NCBI GenBank assembly: GCA_023248155.1
Contig: JAHFFE010000002.1
Coordinates: 124,824-188,823 of the forward strand
Direction of reading: 5' to 3'
From: Candidatus Omnitrophota bacterium
Lineage (GTDB): Bacteria > Omnitrophota > Gorgyraeia > 1-14-0-20-64-10
DNA: 64,000 bases
In this document: one piece after another, positions 46,841 to 57,401 of the stretch
Position numbering within the stretch: position 1 is the first letter of the stretch
How the letters are laid out: each line of letters starts with the position of its first letter
Notes under the pieces: generated by a model
What the model was told of the DNA's origin: nothing
Databases searched by the model: none
The model's input: the letters and a program-made list of their open reading frames with translations, nothing else
Translations under genes and position numbers: made by a program

Positions 46841-48985
46841 ATGGCAACGAAAAAAGCGGCAGCCGGTTCGAAAAAAGGCAAGGCGCTGGTAATTGTGGAG
46901 TCGCCCACCAAGGCGCGCACGCTGGACCGGTTTTTGGGCAGTTCTTATAAAGTAATCGCCTCCCAGGGTCATGTGATGGATCTTCCGGCCAGCAAGTTTG
47001 GCGTTGATTTGGAAAATAATTTTGCCCCGCACTACATCGTCATTTTTAAGAAACGGAAACTGGTCCGCGAATTAAAAGAGGCGGCCGCCAAGTACAAAGA
47101 ACTGTACCTGGCCACCGACCCTGACCGCGAAGGCGAGGCGATCAGCGCGCACCTGGCCATTATTCTGGGCGAAGGTAAAAAGATCCACCGCGCCGAGTTC
47201 CATGAAATCACGCCGGCGGCCGTGCAGGCCGCGTTTGACCATCCGCGCGAAGTGAATGTCCACCGCGTTGAAGCGCAGCAGGCGCGCCGCATCCTCGACC
47301 GTATCGTCGGCTACAGCCTTTCACCGCTGCTCTGGAAAAAAGTCGGATCGGGTTTAAGCGCCGGCCGCGTGCAGTCGGTCGCGTTGAAACTGATTGTTGA
47401 CCGTGAGCGCGAAATCCGCGCGTTCAATCCGATGGAATATTGGAAAGTGCAGGTGGTGCTTGAGAAAATCAAACCGCTTGCCGACGAACCAAAATCATTC
47501 GTGGCCGAGCTGGAATCGGTTGACGGGAAAAAGACCGAACTCAAAGAGGGCGCCATCGCGCATGAGATCGTGGACGGCCTGAAAAACGCTCCGTTCATCA
47601 TCACCGGATTAACCCAGAAAGCGCAGCAGCGCCGCCCCGCCGCCCCGTACACCACCAGCACGCTGCAGCAGGACGCGTTCAACAAACTGGGGTTCACGGC
47701 AGGACGGACGATGCGCATCGCGCAGCAACTGTATGAAGGCATCGAAGTGGGGGAGGAAGGTCCCGTCGGTTTGATTACCTACATGAGGACCGATTCGGTG
47801 CAGGTTGCCGCCGAGGCGCAGGCGCAGGCCCGCCAGTTCATCGAGCAGCAGTTCGGCAAACCGTTTTTGCCGGAAACGCCTCCCAAATATCAGTCCAAGC
47901 GCGGCGCGCAGGAAGCGCACGAAGCGATACGCCCCACCGGCGTTGAGCGTCTGCCGGAATCGGTGGCGTCGTTCCTGGATCCGGCGCAGATGAAATTGTA
48001 CACGTTGATCTGGAACCGTTTTCTGGCCAGCCAGATGGCGCCGGCCCGTCTTGAAGTGACCAGCGTCGAGATTACGGCCGGCCGCTGCGGGTTCCGCGCT
48101 TCAGGGACCAAGATTTTATTTCCCGGTTTTTTGAAAGTGATGCGCGCCGACGAAGAGGCCGCGAAAAAGAAGAAGGCCAAAGAAAAAGCGGAAGAGCCGG
48201 AAGAAGAGGCCAAAGAGGAAGAAGCCAAATCGACGGGACAAATTCTTCCGACGCTTGAAAAAGACGAGAAAGTTCTTCCGCAGTCGATTGATCCGAGCCA
48301 GCATTTTACGAAACCGCCGGCGCGCTTTACCGAAGCGTCACTGATCAAAACGATGGAAGAGTTGGGAATCGGCCGTCCTTCTACTTACGCGCCGACCATC
48401 TATACGATCTCCACGCGCGGTTATGTGACAAAGACAGGGCGCGCGCTTTCGCCGTCCAACCTGGGAGAGGTAGTCACCGATCTGCTCGCGCAGAATTTTC
48501 CGCAGGTGGTCGATGTGCAGTTTACGGCCCGCCTGGAAGAACAGCTCGACGAGGTGGAAGAGGGCAAGCAGACCTGGCCGGCCTGCGTGAATGAATTTTA
48601 TGGGCCGTTCGCCCAGGCGCTGAAGGCGGCCATGGACATTGAATCGGTCAAGCAGGCGCCCGAACCGACGAACGAAATCTGTCCGCAGTGCGGAAAGCCG
48701 ATTGTGATCAAGTGGGGGCGCAAGGGCCGGTTCATGAGCTGCTCTGCGTTTCCGGAATGCAAGTTTGCCAAACCGATTACCACCGGCGTGAAATGTCCCG
48801 AGTCCGGCTGCGACGGAGAATTGGTCCGACGCCAGTCGCGCCGCGGTTCTTTTTACGGATGTTCGCGTTTCCCGAACTGCCGGCATATTTCAAAAGATCT
48901 CCCGCCGGGATCACCGGAAAATCCAGGGCCATCCACCGGTCCGGCCAACGGCAATGAATCGCCGCAAAACGGGCCCAATGGCTGA
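46841..48985 (+). CDS. topA: DNA topoisomerase I
   Basis: IVESPTKA, ATDPDREGEAI, SAGRVQS, LITYMRTDS, QEAHEAIRPT, GIGRPSTY, C-terminal Zn ribbons. Confidence 0.98.
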   Translation: MATKKAAAGSKKGKALVIVESPTKARTLDRFLGSSYKVIASQGHVMDLPASKFGVDLENNFAPHYIVIFKKRKLVRELKEAAAKYKELYLATDPDREGEAISAHLAIILGEGKKIHRAEFHEITPAAVQAAFDHPREVNVHRVEAQQARRILDRIVGYSLSPLLWKKVGSGLSAGRVQSVALKLIVDREREIRAFNPMEYWKVQVVLEKIKPLADEPKSFVAELESVDGKKTELKEGAIAHEIVDGLKNAPFIITGLTQKAQQRRPAAPYTTSTLQQDAFNKLGFTAGRTMRIAQQLYEGIEVGEEGPVGLITYMRTDSVQVAAEAQAQARQFIEQQFGKPFLPETPPKYQSKRGAQEAHEAIRPTGVERLPESVASFLDPAQMKLYTLIWNRFLASQMAPARLEVTSVEITAGRCGFRASGTKILFPGFLKVMRADEEAAKKKKAKEKAEEPEEEAKEEEAKSTGQILPTLEKDEKVLPQSIDPSQHFTKPPARFTEASLIKTMEELGIGRPSTYAPTIYTISTRGYVTKTGRALSPSNLGEVVTDLLAQNFPQVVDVQFTARLEEQLDEVEEGKQTWPACVNEFYGPFAQALKAAMDIESVKQAPEPTNEICPQCGKPIVIKWGRKGRFMSCSAFPECKFAKPITTGVKCPESGCDGELVRRQSRRGSFYGCSRFPNCRHISKDLPPGSPENPGPSTGPANGNESPQNGPNG

Positions 48986-49892
48986 ATCCCGCCTATCGGG
49001 CGCGGGTAATTCCGGCGACCCGTGGCTGCGCCGCTTTTTCGATTATCTTCGGGTGGAGCGCGATGGTTCGCCGCATACGCATCGCAATTACGAAAAAGAT
49101 TTGACGCTGCTCAAGCAGGCGTCCGGCGGCAGGACCTGGGCGCAAATGGATCTGCTGACGCTGCGGCAGTTCGTCGCGCAGCAGCGGTCCGGCGGCCTTT
49201 CCAAATCAACGGTTGCGCGGCGCGTGGCCTCGATCCGTTCCTTCTTTCGTTATTTAAGCAGGGAAGGACTGATCAGTTCCAATCCGGCGCTGGGCTTGAC
49301 GCGTCCCAAACAAGACAAACATCTGCCGTCGTTTCTCAGTCAGGAGGAAGCGACCCGTCTGGTGGAAGCGCCCGCCGGAGATTCATTCGCGGCGCGCCGC
49401 GACAAGGCGATTCTCGAAACGCTTTATTCGACCGGTCTGCGCGTCAGCGAGCTGGTCGGATTGAAAATCCGCGATGTCGATTTGATCGGCGGTTCGCTGC
49501 GGACTATCGGCAAGGGACGCAAAGAGCGGCTGGTGCCGGTCGGTTCCTACAGTATCAAGGCGATCCGCGATTATCTGAAACGTTTGCGCCCGGCCGATGC
49601 TTCCCCCGAGAAAACATTGTTTCAAAACCAGCGGCACGGTCCTCTGACGGATCGCTCGGTCCGCCGCATTTTAAACCGGTATCTGACCCAGGTTCAGGTT
49701 CAAACGCGCATCTCACCCCATTCGCTGCGGCATTCGTTCGCGACGCATTTGCTGGACCGCGGCGCCGATCTGCGCGCCGTTCAGGAACTGCTGGGACACA
49801 GCTCGCTTTCCACGACGCAGGTCTATACGCATGTGACCACCGACCGGTTGAAGAAAGTATACGACTCGGCTCATCCGCGTGCGCGCAAATGA
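48978..49892 (+). CDS. xerC: Tyrosine recombinase XerC
   Basis: RDKAILETLYSTGLRVSEL, GKGRKER, HSLRHSFATHLL, LLGHSSLSTTQVY. dprA-topA-xerC housekeeping context. Confidence 0.9.
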   Translation: MAESRLSGAGNSGDPWLRRFFDYLRVERDGSPHTHRNYEKDLTLLKQASGGRTWAQMDLLTLRQFVAQQRSGGLSKSTVARRVASIRSFFRYLSREGLISSNPALGLTRPKQDKHLPSFLSQEEATRLVEAPAGDSFAARRDKAILETLYSTGLRVSELVGLKIRDVDLIGGSLRTIGKGRKERLVPVGSYSIKAIRDYLKRLRPADASPEKTLFQNQRHGPLTDRSVRRILNRYLTQVQVQTRISPHSLRHSFATHLLDRGADLRAVQELLGHSSLSTTQVYTHVTTDRLKKVYDSAHPRARK

Positions 49893-51205
49893 TTTTAATA
49901 GCCGGTCTCTGGATCTATCAATTCGGCTTCGGTGTATTTGGATTTTTATACCTGTTGATCCGGACGATGCGCGGCCGGCCGATGCCCGGGCTTCGCGAAC
50001 GGCTGGCAATTTATTCGTCCGCGCAGAAAGAACAGTTGAAGAAATTGCGCCGGCCGCTCTGGATGCAGCTGGTATCGGTAGGCGAAGTGGTGGCCGCCCA
50101 GCCGTTGATTTTGCGCATGAAGGAGCGGTTTCCCGACAGTGATTGGGTAGTTACGACGGTCACTCCGGCGGGCCGCGCCGTGGCCGAAAAAAATCTGGCG
50201 CCGCTGGGTGTTTGCGTATTGTATCTGCCGTGGGATTTTCAGCCGATTACGGCCCGCGCCATTCGCATCATCCGGCCTGCGCTTTTCCTGTCGTTCGAAA
50301 CGGAGCTTTGGCCGGTGCTGTATTACCAGCTGGAAAAAGCCGGCGTTCCGGTCGCCGTTGTTAACGGACGGATTTCTGCGCGCGCTTATCCACGGTATCT
50401 CTGGGTTCGTTTTTGGATGGAGCGGTTCCTGCATCCGGTGCAGCTGGTGTTGGCGCAGACGCCCCAGGATGCGCGGCGATACGCAGCGCTCGGCGCCGCG
50501 AAAGACCGGATCGGGATCGCCGGAAATATTAAATGGGATTTGCCGGTGCCTGCGCCGGTTGATTCCGCCGAACAGGCGCGCCGCCGTAAATTATTGGGCG
50601 TTTCAGTTCAGGACTGTCTCTGGATCGCCGGCTCGACGCATCCGGGCGAGGAAGAAATTATTTTGCGCGTCTATCGCCGGCTGAGAGAATCGTTTCCGGG
50701 TTTGCGATTGGCGTTGGCGCCGCGGCATACAGACCGGACGGAAACAATCGGCCAGCTGGTTGAAAAAGAGGGCCTGCGCTGGGTGCGCAAAACGGCATTG
50801 AAGGATTCCTCTCCGGTTTCCGCCGGCACGGTGGTCCTGGTGGATACGGTCGGCGAATTGACGGCGCTCTATCAGATCAGCGATCTTGTTTTTGTCGGCG
50901 GGTCGCTGGTTCCCAAAGGCGGACATAATTTAATTGAGCCGGCTGTTTTTTCGAAACCGATCATGACGGGGCCGTTCCTGCAGAATTTTCAGGCGATCGC
51001 CGAAGCGCTGCGCGCCGGCGGCGGACTCGCTGTGGTTTCCGGTGAGACTGAATTGGAGAAAACGATTCGCAATTTAATCTCGATGCCAGGCCAGGCAGGC
51101 GAGCTGGGTGAGCGCGCTTACTCGGTTTACCGCGGGAACCAGGGCGCTGTTGACCGGATCTGCGATGCGATTGCGCGGCATTGGGGCAGCAAGCTCTCTA
51201 AATGA
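49889..51205 (+). CDS. waaA: Kdo transferase
   Basis: Start re-assigned to ATG 49889. SVGE, ETELWP, VNGRIS, GNIKWD, AGSTHPGEE, APRH, GGHNLIEP. Confidence 0.94.
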   Translation: MILIAGLWIYQFGFGVFGFLYLLIRTMRGRPMPGLRERLAIYSSAQKEQLKKLRRPLWMQLVSVGEVVAAQPLILRMKERFPDSDWVVTTVTPAGRAVAEKNLAPLGVCVLYLPWDFQPITARAIRIIRPALFLSFETELWPVLYYQLEKAGVPVAVVNGRISARAYPRYLWVRFWMERFLHPVQLVLAQTPQDARRYAALGAAKDRIGIAGNIKWDLPVPAPVDSAEQARRRKLLGVSVQDCLWIAGSTHPGEEEIILRVYRRLRESFPGLRLALAPRHTDRTETIGQLVEKEGLRWVRKTALKDSSPVSAGTVVLVDTVGELTALYQISDLVFVGGSLVPKGGHNLIEPAVFSKPIMTGPFLQNFQAIAEALRAGGGLAVVSGETELEKTIRNLISMPGQAGELGERAYSVYRGNQGAVDRICDAIARHWGSKLSK

Positions 51206-52221
51206 AAAACCGAATCCTCGGATGGATATGGCGATGGTCGCTGGCTCCGGTGCTGGAAGTCGTTTACGCGGCGGGGTTGACGGTCGTCTACGCGCTTTAC
51301 CGGGTCCGGATTTTTCGCAGACACCGCCTTCCGGTGAAGGTGGTCAGCGTCGGGAACCTGACCTGGGGCGGGACCGGCAAAACGCCGCTGGTGCTGTTTC
51401 TGGCGCGGCAGTTAAAACAACGGGGATGGCGCGTCGCCGTTCTGACGCGCGGATATGGAAAAGATGAGTCACGGCTTTTAACCGAAAGGCTGGCGCCGAT
51501 TCCGGTGCTGGTCGGACCGGACCGTCTTGCCAACGGAAAAAAAGCGATTGAACAGCACAACGCCAATCTGCTGTTGCTGGATGACGGGTATCAGCAGTGG
51601 CGTTTGATCAAAGACATTGAAATACTGATGGTGAATGAAGGGTCTCCGTGGGGCAACGGCCATTTGATTCCTCGCGGAATTTTGCGTGAACCGATTTCGG
51701 CCGGCCGGCGCGCCGACCTGGTGGTGATGAAACAGTCCAGCCCCGATCCTTCGGCGGCCGTCTGGACCGAGGTCCATCTGCGGGCCGCTTTAATCGATGC
51801 GCCGTTGTTTCAGATGGGCTATACCGTCGCGACGCTGCGGGAATGGCCGGGCAGGGCAACGCTGCCGCCGTCGTCGTTAAAAGGGCGGCGCGTGGCCACG
51901 CTGGCCGGTATCGCCGGACCCACCCAGTTTGAAGCGACGGTTCGTTCTTTGGGGGCATCGGTTCCGGTTCATTTCCGCGTGCGCGACCATCATCCGTACA
52001 CGGCCCAGGAATTAGTCCGGATGGTTCAGCGCTGTCAGCGCAATCAGATTGACAGCTTGGTGACCACCGCGAAAGATGCGGTCCGTTTGCACGGTTTTTT
52101 CATGGATTTTCTGAAAGAGCGCGCGCCGCAGTTTAAAATTTTGATTATTGAAATTGAACCCTGGTTTAAACCTGATGAAAGCCAACTTTTACACCGAATC
52201 GATACTTTACTCGCTCGCTAG
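51202..52221 (+). CDS. lpxK: Tetraacyldisaccharide 4'-kinase
   Basis: SVGNLTWGGTGKTP, LTRGYG, LDDGYQ, GILRE, DHH, TTAKDAV. Confidence 0.95.
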   Translation: MKNRILGWIWRWSLAPVLEVVYAAGLTVVYALYRVRIFRRHRLPVKVVSVGNLTWGGTGKTPLVLFLARQLKQRGWRVAVLTRGYGKDESRLLTERLAPIPVLVGPDRLANGKKAIEQHNANLLLLDDGYQQWRLIKDIEILMVNEGSPWGNGHLIPRGILREPISAGRRADLVVMKQSSPDPSAAVWTEVHLRAALIDAPLFQMGYTVATLREWPGRATLPPSSLKGRRVATLAGIAGPTQFEATVRSLGASVPVHFRVRDHHPYTAQELVRMVQRCQRNQIDSLVTTAKDAVRLHGFFMDFLKERAPQFKILIIEIEPWFKPDESQLLHRIDTLLAR

Positions 52222-54181
52222 GGGCATCAGCGCTCTCGCGCAGAAGCTTCCGCCGCGCTGGAACTGCCGGCTGGGCGCCGGCGCCGGTACGCTTTTGTAT
52301 TGGACGCTCGGTTCCCGCAAGCGGGTCGCGCGCGATAATCTGCGCGCCGCGTTTCAATCCACCTACACGCCGCAGCAATACGAACAAATTCTGCTGAAAA
52401 TGTTTCAGAATTTCGGGCGGACCTTCATGGAAATCGCCGCCATGCCCAGTATTGACCGGGCTTATCTGGACCGCTGGGTTGCCGTCGATCCCCAAAGCAG
52501 GGAACGGCTGGATGCGCAGATGGCCCTGGGCAAGGGAATTATTTTTGTCACCGGTCATTTTGGAAATTGGGAAATGGTGAGCGTTACTTCTGCTTTGCAC
52601 GGATTGCCGTTGATTATTTTGGTTCGCCAGCAGGGCTGGCCCCGGCTGAACCGCTTATTGACTCAATACCGGGAATCCAAAGGGTGCCAGGTGGTCACTA
52701 AAGGATTCGCGATTCGGGAAATGGTTCAGGGATTAAAAGAGAAACAGTTTATCGGGATTCTCGCGGATCAGGATGGAGGCCCCAACGGGGTTCTGGCGGA
52801 CTATTTGGGCCGTATCTCTTCAACGGCGGCGGGCCCGATCGCCTTGCATTTAAGCAGCGGGGCCCCGGTCATTCCGGCGTTTATGGTTCGGCAGAAGGGA
52901 CCTTTCCACCAAATGATGCTCGAAGAGCCGCTGGTTATTCCGCAACAGGGAACCGAGCAGGAACGGCTTCAAGCCGGAATTGCCGCTTATTTGGCTGTTC
53001 TTGAAAAATATGTGCGGGCTTATCCGGAACAGTGGCTCTGGCTTCATCGCCGCTGGAAATCGTGCCCCGAACGGCGCGTTTTAATTTTCAACGATGGGAA
53101 AGCGGGCCATCTCAGCCAATGCCTGGGTCTGGCCGACCGGATTGAAACGGCCTGGAACAAGAAAATGGCCGGCGATCCCCGATTAAAAATTCTTCCGGTC
53201 CACCGTCCGCTGGTTTCGACGCGCGTGGTCGAGGTTCGTTACCGGCATCCGTTTTGGAAACCGCTGCTTTCGTGCGTGGCGGCATTTTCGGGAAAACATC
53301 CGTCCGGCGGCGACAAATGGCTGCGCCGGGCGCTTACGCCGGAAAGTTATAAATCAATGGCGTCGCTCCATGCCGATATTTCGATCTCGTGCGGTTCTTC
53401 GTCAGCGCCGGTCAACCGGTTGTGGGCCGGCCTGATCCGCTGCAAGACCGTTCATTTGACGAAAAATAAGAGGCCTTCCTGGAAATCGTTTGATCTGGCG
53501 GTTCTTCCGGCGCATGATTTCGAGAAACCACCTTCGCAGAAAAAACTGGTTCTCACCGATCTGGCGCTGGCGCCCCGCCGCCATTTTTCTCCGGCGCAGG
53601 TTTCTGCCTGGCGTGCCGCGCTGGGGTTACGCGCTTCGCGCGTGATCGGGCTGATGCTGGGCGGATCGGCTCCGCCGCTGGTTTGGACGACCGAACAGAT
53701 TGCCCAAATCGTCGAACAGCTAATCCAGTTTGCCGAGCGGCACGATGCCGAATTTCTGGTCACCAGTTCCCGTCGTACCGGTGACGCGGCGGAAGCGCTT
53801 CTGGAAAAACTGTTGAAGAAAAATCCGCGCTGCCGGCTTCTGACACTGGTTGGACGGAACGATCCGGATCGGCTGAAGAGCACCTCGGAAGCGGTCGATG
53901 CGATTTTGGCCTGCGCGCAGAGGGTGGTTGTTACGGGCGACTCGATCTCAATGGTTTCCGAAGCGGCCGCGCTGGGAATCGGTACCGCTGTGATTTTTCC
54001 TCCCGATGCATTGGCAGGGAATTCAAAACAGCGCCGGTTCGCCGCGCGGTTGGAACAGCGGCGAAAAATACGCGTTTCCGGTCCGGACGGTGTTTTAACT
54101 CTGCTTGAAGAAATTGCGCTGATGCCGCCGGCCGGGAGTGAGACAATGGAATTGGAGGAGTTTTTACGGAAATGGCTTTAA
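52175..54181 (+). CDS. Lipid A acyltransferase (LpxL-like) fused to an ELM1/GtrOC1-like domain
   Basis: N-terminal HFGNWE, LADQD, YPEQWLWLHRRWK. C-terminal DGKAGHLSQ, TSSRRT, VTGDSISMVSEA. Confidence 0.85.
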   Translation: MKANFYTESILYSLARGISALAQKLPPRWNCRLGAGAGTLLYWTLGSRKRVARDNLRAAFQSTYTPQQYEQILLKMFQNFGRTFMEIAAMPSIDRAYLDRWVAVDPQSRERLDAQMALGKGIIFVTGHFGNWEMVSVTSALHGLPLIILVRQQGWPRLNRLLTQYRESKGCQVVTKGFAIREMVQGLKEKQFIGILADQDGGPNGVLADYLGRISSTAAGPIALHLSSGAPVIPAFMVRQKGPFHQMMLEEPLVIPQQGTEQERLQAGIAAYLAVLEKYVRAYPEQWLWLHRRWKSCPERRVLIFNDGKAGHLSQCLGLADRIETAWNKKMAGDPRLKILPVHRPLVSTRVVEVRYRHPFWKPLLSCVAAFSGKHPSGGDKWLRRALTPESYKSMASLHADISISCGSSSAPVNRLWAGLIRCKTVHLTKNKRPSWKSFDLAVLPAHDFEKPPSQKKLVLTDLALAPRRHFSPAQVSAWRAALGLRASRVIGLMLGGSAPPLVWTTEQIAQIVEQLIQFAERHDAEFLVTSSRRTGDAAEALLEKLLKKNPRCRLLTLVGRNDPDRLKSTSEAVDAILACAQRVVVTGDSISMVSEAAALGIGTAVIFPPDALAGNSKQRRFAARLEQRRKIRVSGPDGVLTLLEEIALMPPAGSETMELEEFLRKWL

Positions 54182-56376
54182 CCGTTTTGCAGTTGGTCCC
54201 GGCGCTCAAAGGCGGCGGTGTGGAAACCGGTACGGTCGACATGGCCCGCGGTTTAATGGCGCAGGGCCATCGCGCGATCGTTATCTCTTCGGGCGGTCCG
54301 CTGGTCAAGGAACTGGAAGCCGCCGGCGCTATCCATTACACGCTGCCCATTCACCGCAAACTTCCCTGGATTGCGCTCAAACAAGTTCCGCGCGTCGCTG
54401 AGTTAATCGAATCGCATGGCGTCGATGTGATCCACGCGCGCAGCCGTGTTCCGGCGATCATCGGCTATCTGGCGTGGCGGAAAGCCGCCTGCAAAGCCAG
54501 TTTCCGGATGGGCGGCCGGCAGCAGCTGCCGGTTTTTATCACGACGGCGCACGGCTATTATTCCAAACATCCGTTCAGCGCCGTGATGGGCTGGGGCCGG
54601 TGGGTAATCGCCAACTCCGAGAGCATTGCCCGCCATATGATCGATGATTTTCATGTGCCTTCCGATAAAATCCGGTTTATTCCGCGCGGCGTTGACCTTG
54701 AAAAATATCAATGGAGAGAGCCGCGCGCTGAGTCGGTCAAAGGGGATTGGGTTATCAGCTGCATCGGGCGGATCACGCCGATCAAGGGGCACCGCGATTT
54801 AATCCGCGCGTTCGCCGCGGTCGCCAAAACGTTTCCGAAAGCCCGATTGAGGATTATCGGCGGGGCCGACGCGCGCCATCAGAATTATCTTCAGGAACTC
54901 AAACAGCTGGTATTGAAATTAAGTCTGGAAGATCGCGTTGAATTTTCGGGGCATGAGCCGAATATCCCGTTGGCGCTGGCGCAGAGCGATCTGATGGTGC
55001 TTCCCTCGACTTGTCAGGAGGCGTTCGGCCGCGTTTTGATTGAGGCCGGCGCATCCGGCGTTCCGGTGGTCGCCACGCGCGTCGGTGGAATCCCGGAAGT
55101 GATCCTTGACAAGAAAACAGGACTGATCGTTCCTCCTCAGGATCCGGTGGCGCTGGCGTCGGCGATGAACACGCTGTTGAAAGACCGCGCGCTGGCGCTG
55201 ACGCTGGCGCGCGAGAACCGCCGCCGCGTGGAAACCGTTTACCCGATGGCGCGCATGGTCCGCCAGACGATGGAAGTTTATCAGGAAGCCGGCCAGTCGC
55301 TGCGAATTTTGGTGATCAAGCTCAGCGCCGTAGGGGATATCGTGCTGATTACGCCGTCTTTGCGCGCGCTGCGCGACCGGTTTCCCAAGGCGCAGATCAC
55401 CGTGCTGGTCGGCCGCGAAGGCCGCGAACTTCTGCACCGCTGTCCGTATATCGATGATCTGGTTGTTTTTGACCGCGCGCAGAACGGAACTATTGCGGGT
55501 TTGCTGCGGATGGCGCGCCGGCTGCGCGAATCGCAGATTGATCTCGTGATTGATTTTCAGAATAACCGGATCAGCCATTGGCTGGGCCGCCTCTGCGGCG
55601 CGCCGCACCGCTACGGCTGGGCCGGCCGCCGCTGGAGCTGGCTGTTGTCGCATCGCGCGATTCCTCCCGAACAGCCGCTCTCGCCGGTTGACCATCAGTT
55701 CCGTCTGCTGCAGCTGGTCGGTGTTGAATCGAATGACAAACGGCTGGAGCTCTGGCCCGGGCCGTCCGACCAGAGCCGCGTCGATGCATTGCTCAACGAA
55801 TCTTGGGTTGCGCAGCAGCAGCCGCTGGTGGCGATTCATCCGGGCGGAAGCTGGCTTTCAAAACAGTGGCCCGAATCGTATATTCTGGAACTGGTCGACC
55901 GTCTGGCCGGCATTTCAAAAGTACGCGTGATTTTGATCGGCTCGGCGAAAGAACGGCCGATCTGCGACCGGATCCATCATGCGGCGCGCGTCAAACCGGT
56001 GGTAGCCGCCGGCCGGACCTCGCTGAATGAATTGGCCGCGCTGCTGGGCCGCTGCTCGGTTTTTATCGGGGGTGATTCCGCTCCGCTGCATGTGGCGGCG
56101 GCGGCCGGTATTCCGATTATCGCGCTGTTCGGCGCGACCGATCCTTTGCGGCATCTTCCGCCGGCTTCTTCGCTGACGCTGTTAAGGACGCAGTTGCCGT
56201 GCAGTCCCTGCTACCGCCCGAAATGTCCGCGCGTCGGGGCAGGCAAGATGGAATGCATGAAATCAATCACTGTGGAAACGGTCGCACAAACGGCCGCTAA
56301 AATCGTGACCGCTTCTCCGCGCCGCAATCCGGCTGTTTCGCGCGTCGAGACCGATCTGTTTTCCGCGGACAAATGA
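54172..56376 (+). CDS. GT4 glycosyltransferase fused to GT9 heptosyltransferase
   Basis: GGVETGT, HARSRVPA, EAFGRVLIEA (GT4). KLSAVGDIV, DSAPLHVAAA, LFGAT, CSPC (GT9). Confidence 0.9.
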   Translation: MALTVLQLVPALKGGGVETGTVDMARGLMAQGHRAIVISSGGPLVKELEAAGAIHYTLPIHRKLPWIALKQVPRVAELIESHGVDVIHARSRVPAIIGYLAWRKAACKASFRMGGRQQLPVFITTAHGYYSKHPFSAVMGWGRWVIANSESIARHMIDDFHVPSDKIRFIPRGVDLEKYQWREPRAESVKGDWVISCIGRITPIKGHRDLIRAFAAVAKTFPKARLRIIGGADARHQNYLQELKQLVLKLSLEDRVEFSGHEPNIPLALAQSDLMVLPSTCQEAFGRVLIEAGASGVPVVATRVGGIPEVILDKKTGLIVPPQDPVALASAMNTLLKDRALALTLARENRRRVETVYPMARMVRQTMEVYQEAGQSLRILVIKLSAVGDIVLITPSLRALRDRFPKAQITVLVGREGRELLHRCPYIDDLVVFDRAQNGTIAGLLRMARRLRESQIDLVIDFQNNRISHWLGRLCGAPHRYGWAGRRWSWLLSHRAIPPEQPLSPVDHQFRLLQLVGVESNDKRLELWPGPSDQSRVDALLNESWVAQQQPLVAIHPGGSWLSKQWPESYILELVDRLAGISKVRVILIGSAKERPICDRIHHAARVKPVVAAGRTSLNELAALLGRCSVFIGGDSAPLHVAAAAGIPIIALFGATDPLRHLPPASSLTLLRTQLPCSPCYRPKCPRVGAGKMECMKSITVETVAQTAAKIVTASPRRNPAVSRVETDLFSADK

Positions 56377-57401
56377 AAATCGTTCAACCCAAACGGATCC
56401 TGATCGTTGGTCTGAATTGGATGGGCGATCTTCTGCTGTTGACGCCGTCGATCCGGGCGATCCGGAAAAATTACCCTCACGCAACCATCGTTTGCCTGGT
56501 TCCGCCGCGCGGGGAGGCCGTACTGGAAGATAATCCGAACCTGGACCGTCTGATTGTCTATCCCGAATCGCGCGGTTTATCCGGATGGATTGGTTTCTGG
56601 CCGTTGGTCTTTCTTCTGCGTTCTGAACGGTTTGATGCCGCGTTTTTGTTTCATCCATCGGGAACGCGCGCGATGGCGGCCTGGCTTGCCGGCGTGAAGC
56701 AGCGGATCGGTTTTAAAACAAAAAAAGGAAATTGCTGGCTGACCCGGGCTGTTGAGATGCCCTCCAAAGATTCCACGCACAAAGCGGCCGTTTATCTGCG
56801 GCTTGTCGAGGCGGCCGGTTTGAAAACCGACGGTTTTTCCTGTGACGCCGGCATTCGTGATGCCGATGAGCAGGCGGTCGACCGGCTTTACCAACAGATC
56901 GGATTGCGCAGCGACCGTCCGGCCGTGGCGATTCATCCGGCGGCCAACTGGAAATTGAAACGGTGGCCGGCCGAATCGTTCGCGCGCCTGGCCGACCGGC
57001 TCGCGCGGGAGAAACAGGCGCAGATCGTTTTCATCGGAACCAAAAATGAACTGCCGTTGGTTGAACAGGTCCGTTCCCGCATGCAGCACCAGGCGTTCGT
57101 CGCCGCCGGCAAGACCAGCTTCAAGGAACTGGGCGCTTTACTGAAACGGATGAATCTGCTGATTACCAACGATTCCGGGCCGATGCATCTGGCCGCCGCC
57201 GTCGGCACGCCGCTGGTGGGGCTGTTCGGCCCGACGCTGCCGTCGCTCAGCGGTCCGCCGTCCGATCCCCGGTTTAAAACGCTGCACGGTTCCATCGGCT
57301 GCCCGGTGCCGTGCTATCAACTCAACTGTCCGGCGAACTTGTGCATGGAACAGATCTCGCCCGATCAGGTCTTCGCAGAAGCGGAAAAATGGCTGAAATA
57401 A
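56373..57401 (+). CDS. waaF: LPS heptosyltransferase II-like (GT9)
   Basis: NWMGDLL, KRWP, NDSGPMHLAAAVG, LFGPT, Cys-rich tail. Confidence 0.8.
   Translation: MKIVQPKRILIVGLNWMGDLLLLTPSIRAIRKNYPHATIVCLVPPRGEAVLEDNPNLDRLIVYPESRGLSGWIGFWPLVFLLRSERFDAAFLFHPSGTRAMAAWLAGVKQRIGFKTKKGNCWLTRAVEMPSKDSTHKAAVYLRLVEAAGLKTDGFSCDAGIRDADEQAVDRLYQQIGLRSDRPAVAIHPAANWKLKRWPAESFARLADRLAREKQAQIVFIGTKNELPLVEQVRSRMQHQAFVAAGKTSFKELGALLKRMNLLITNDSGPMHLAAAVGTPLVGLFGPTLPSLSGPPSDPRFKTLHGSIGCPVPCYQLNCPANLCMEQISPDQVFAEAEKWLK

Noticed and set aside
49022-49888. N-terminal ~290 aa of the 727-aa ORF
   Set aside because: Alternate-frame overlap with xerC. WaaA begins at ATG 49889.
48978-49892. Phage or ICE integrase marking a mobile element
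   Set aside because: Canonical XerC in dprA-topA-xerC context with host-like composition. No att sites or cargo.
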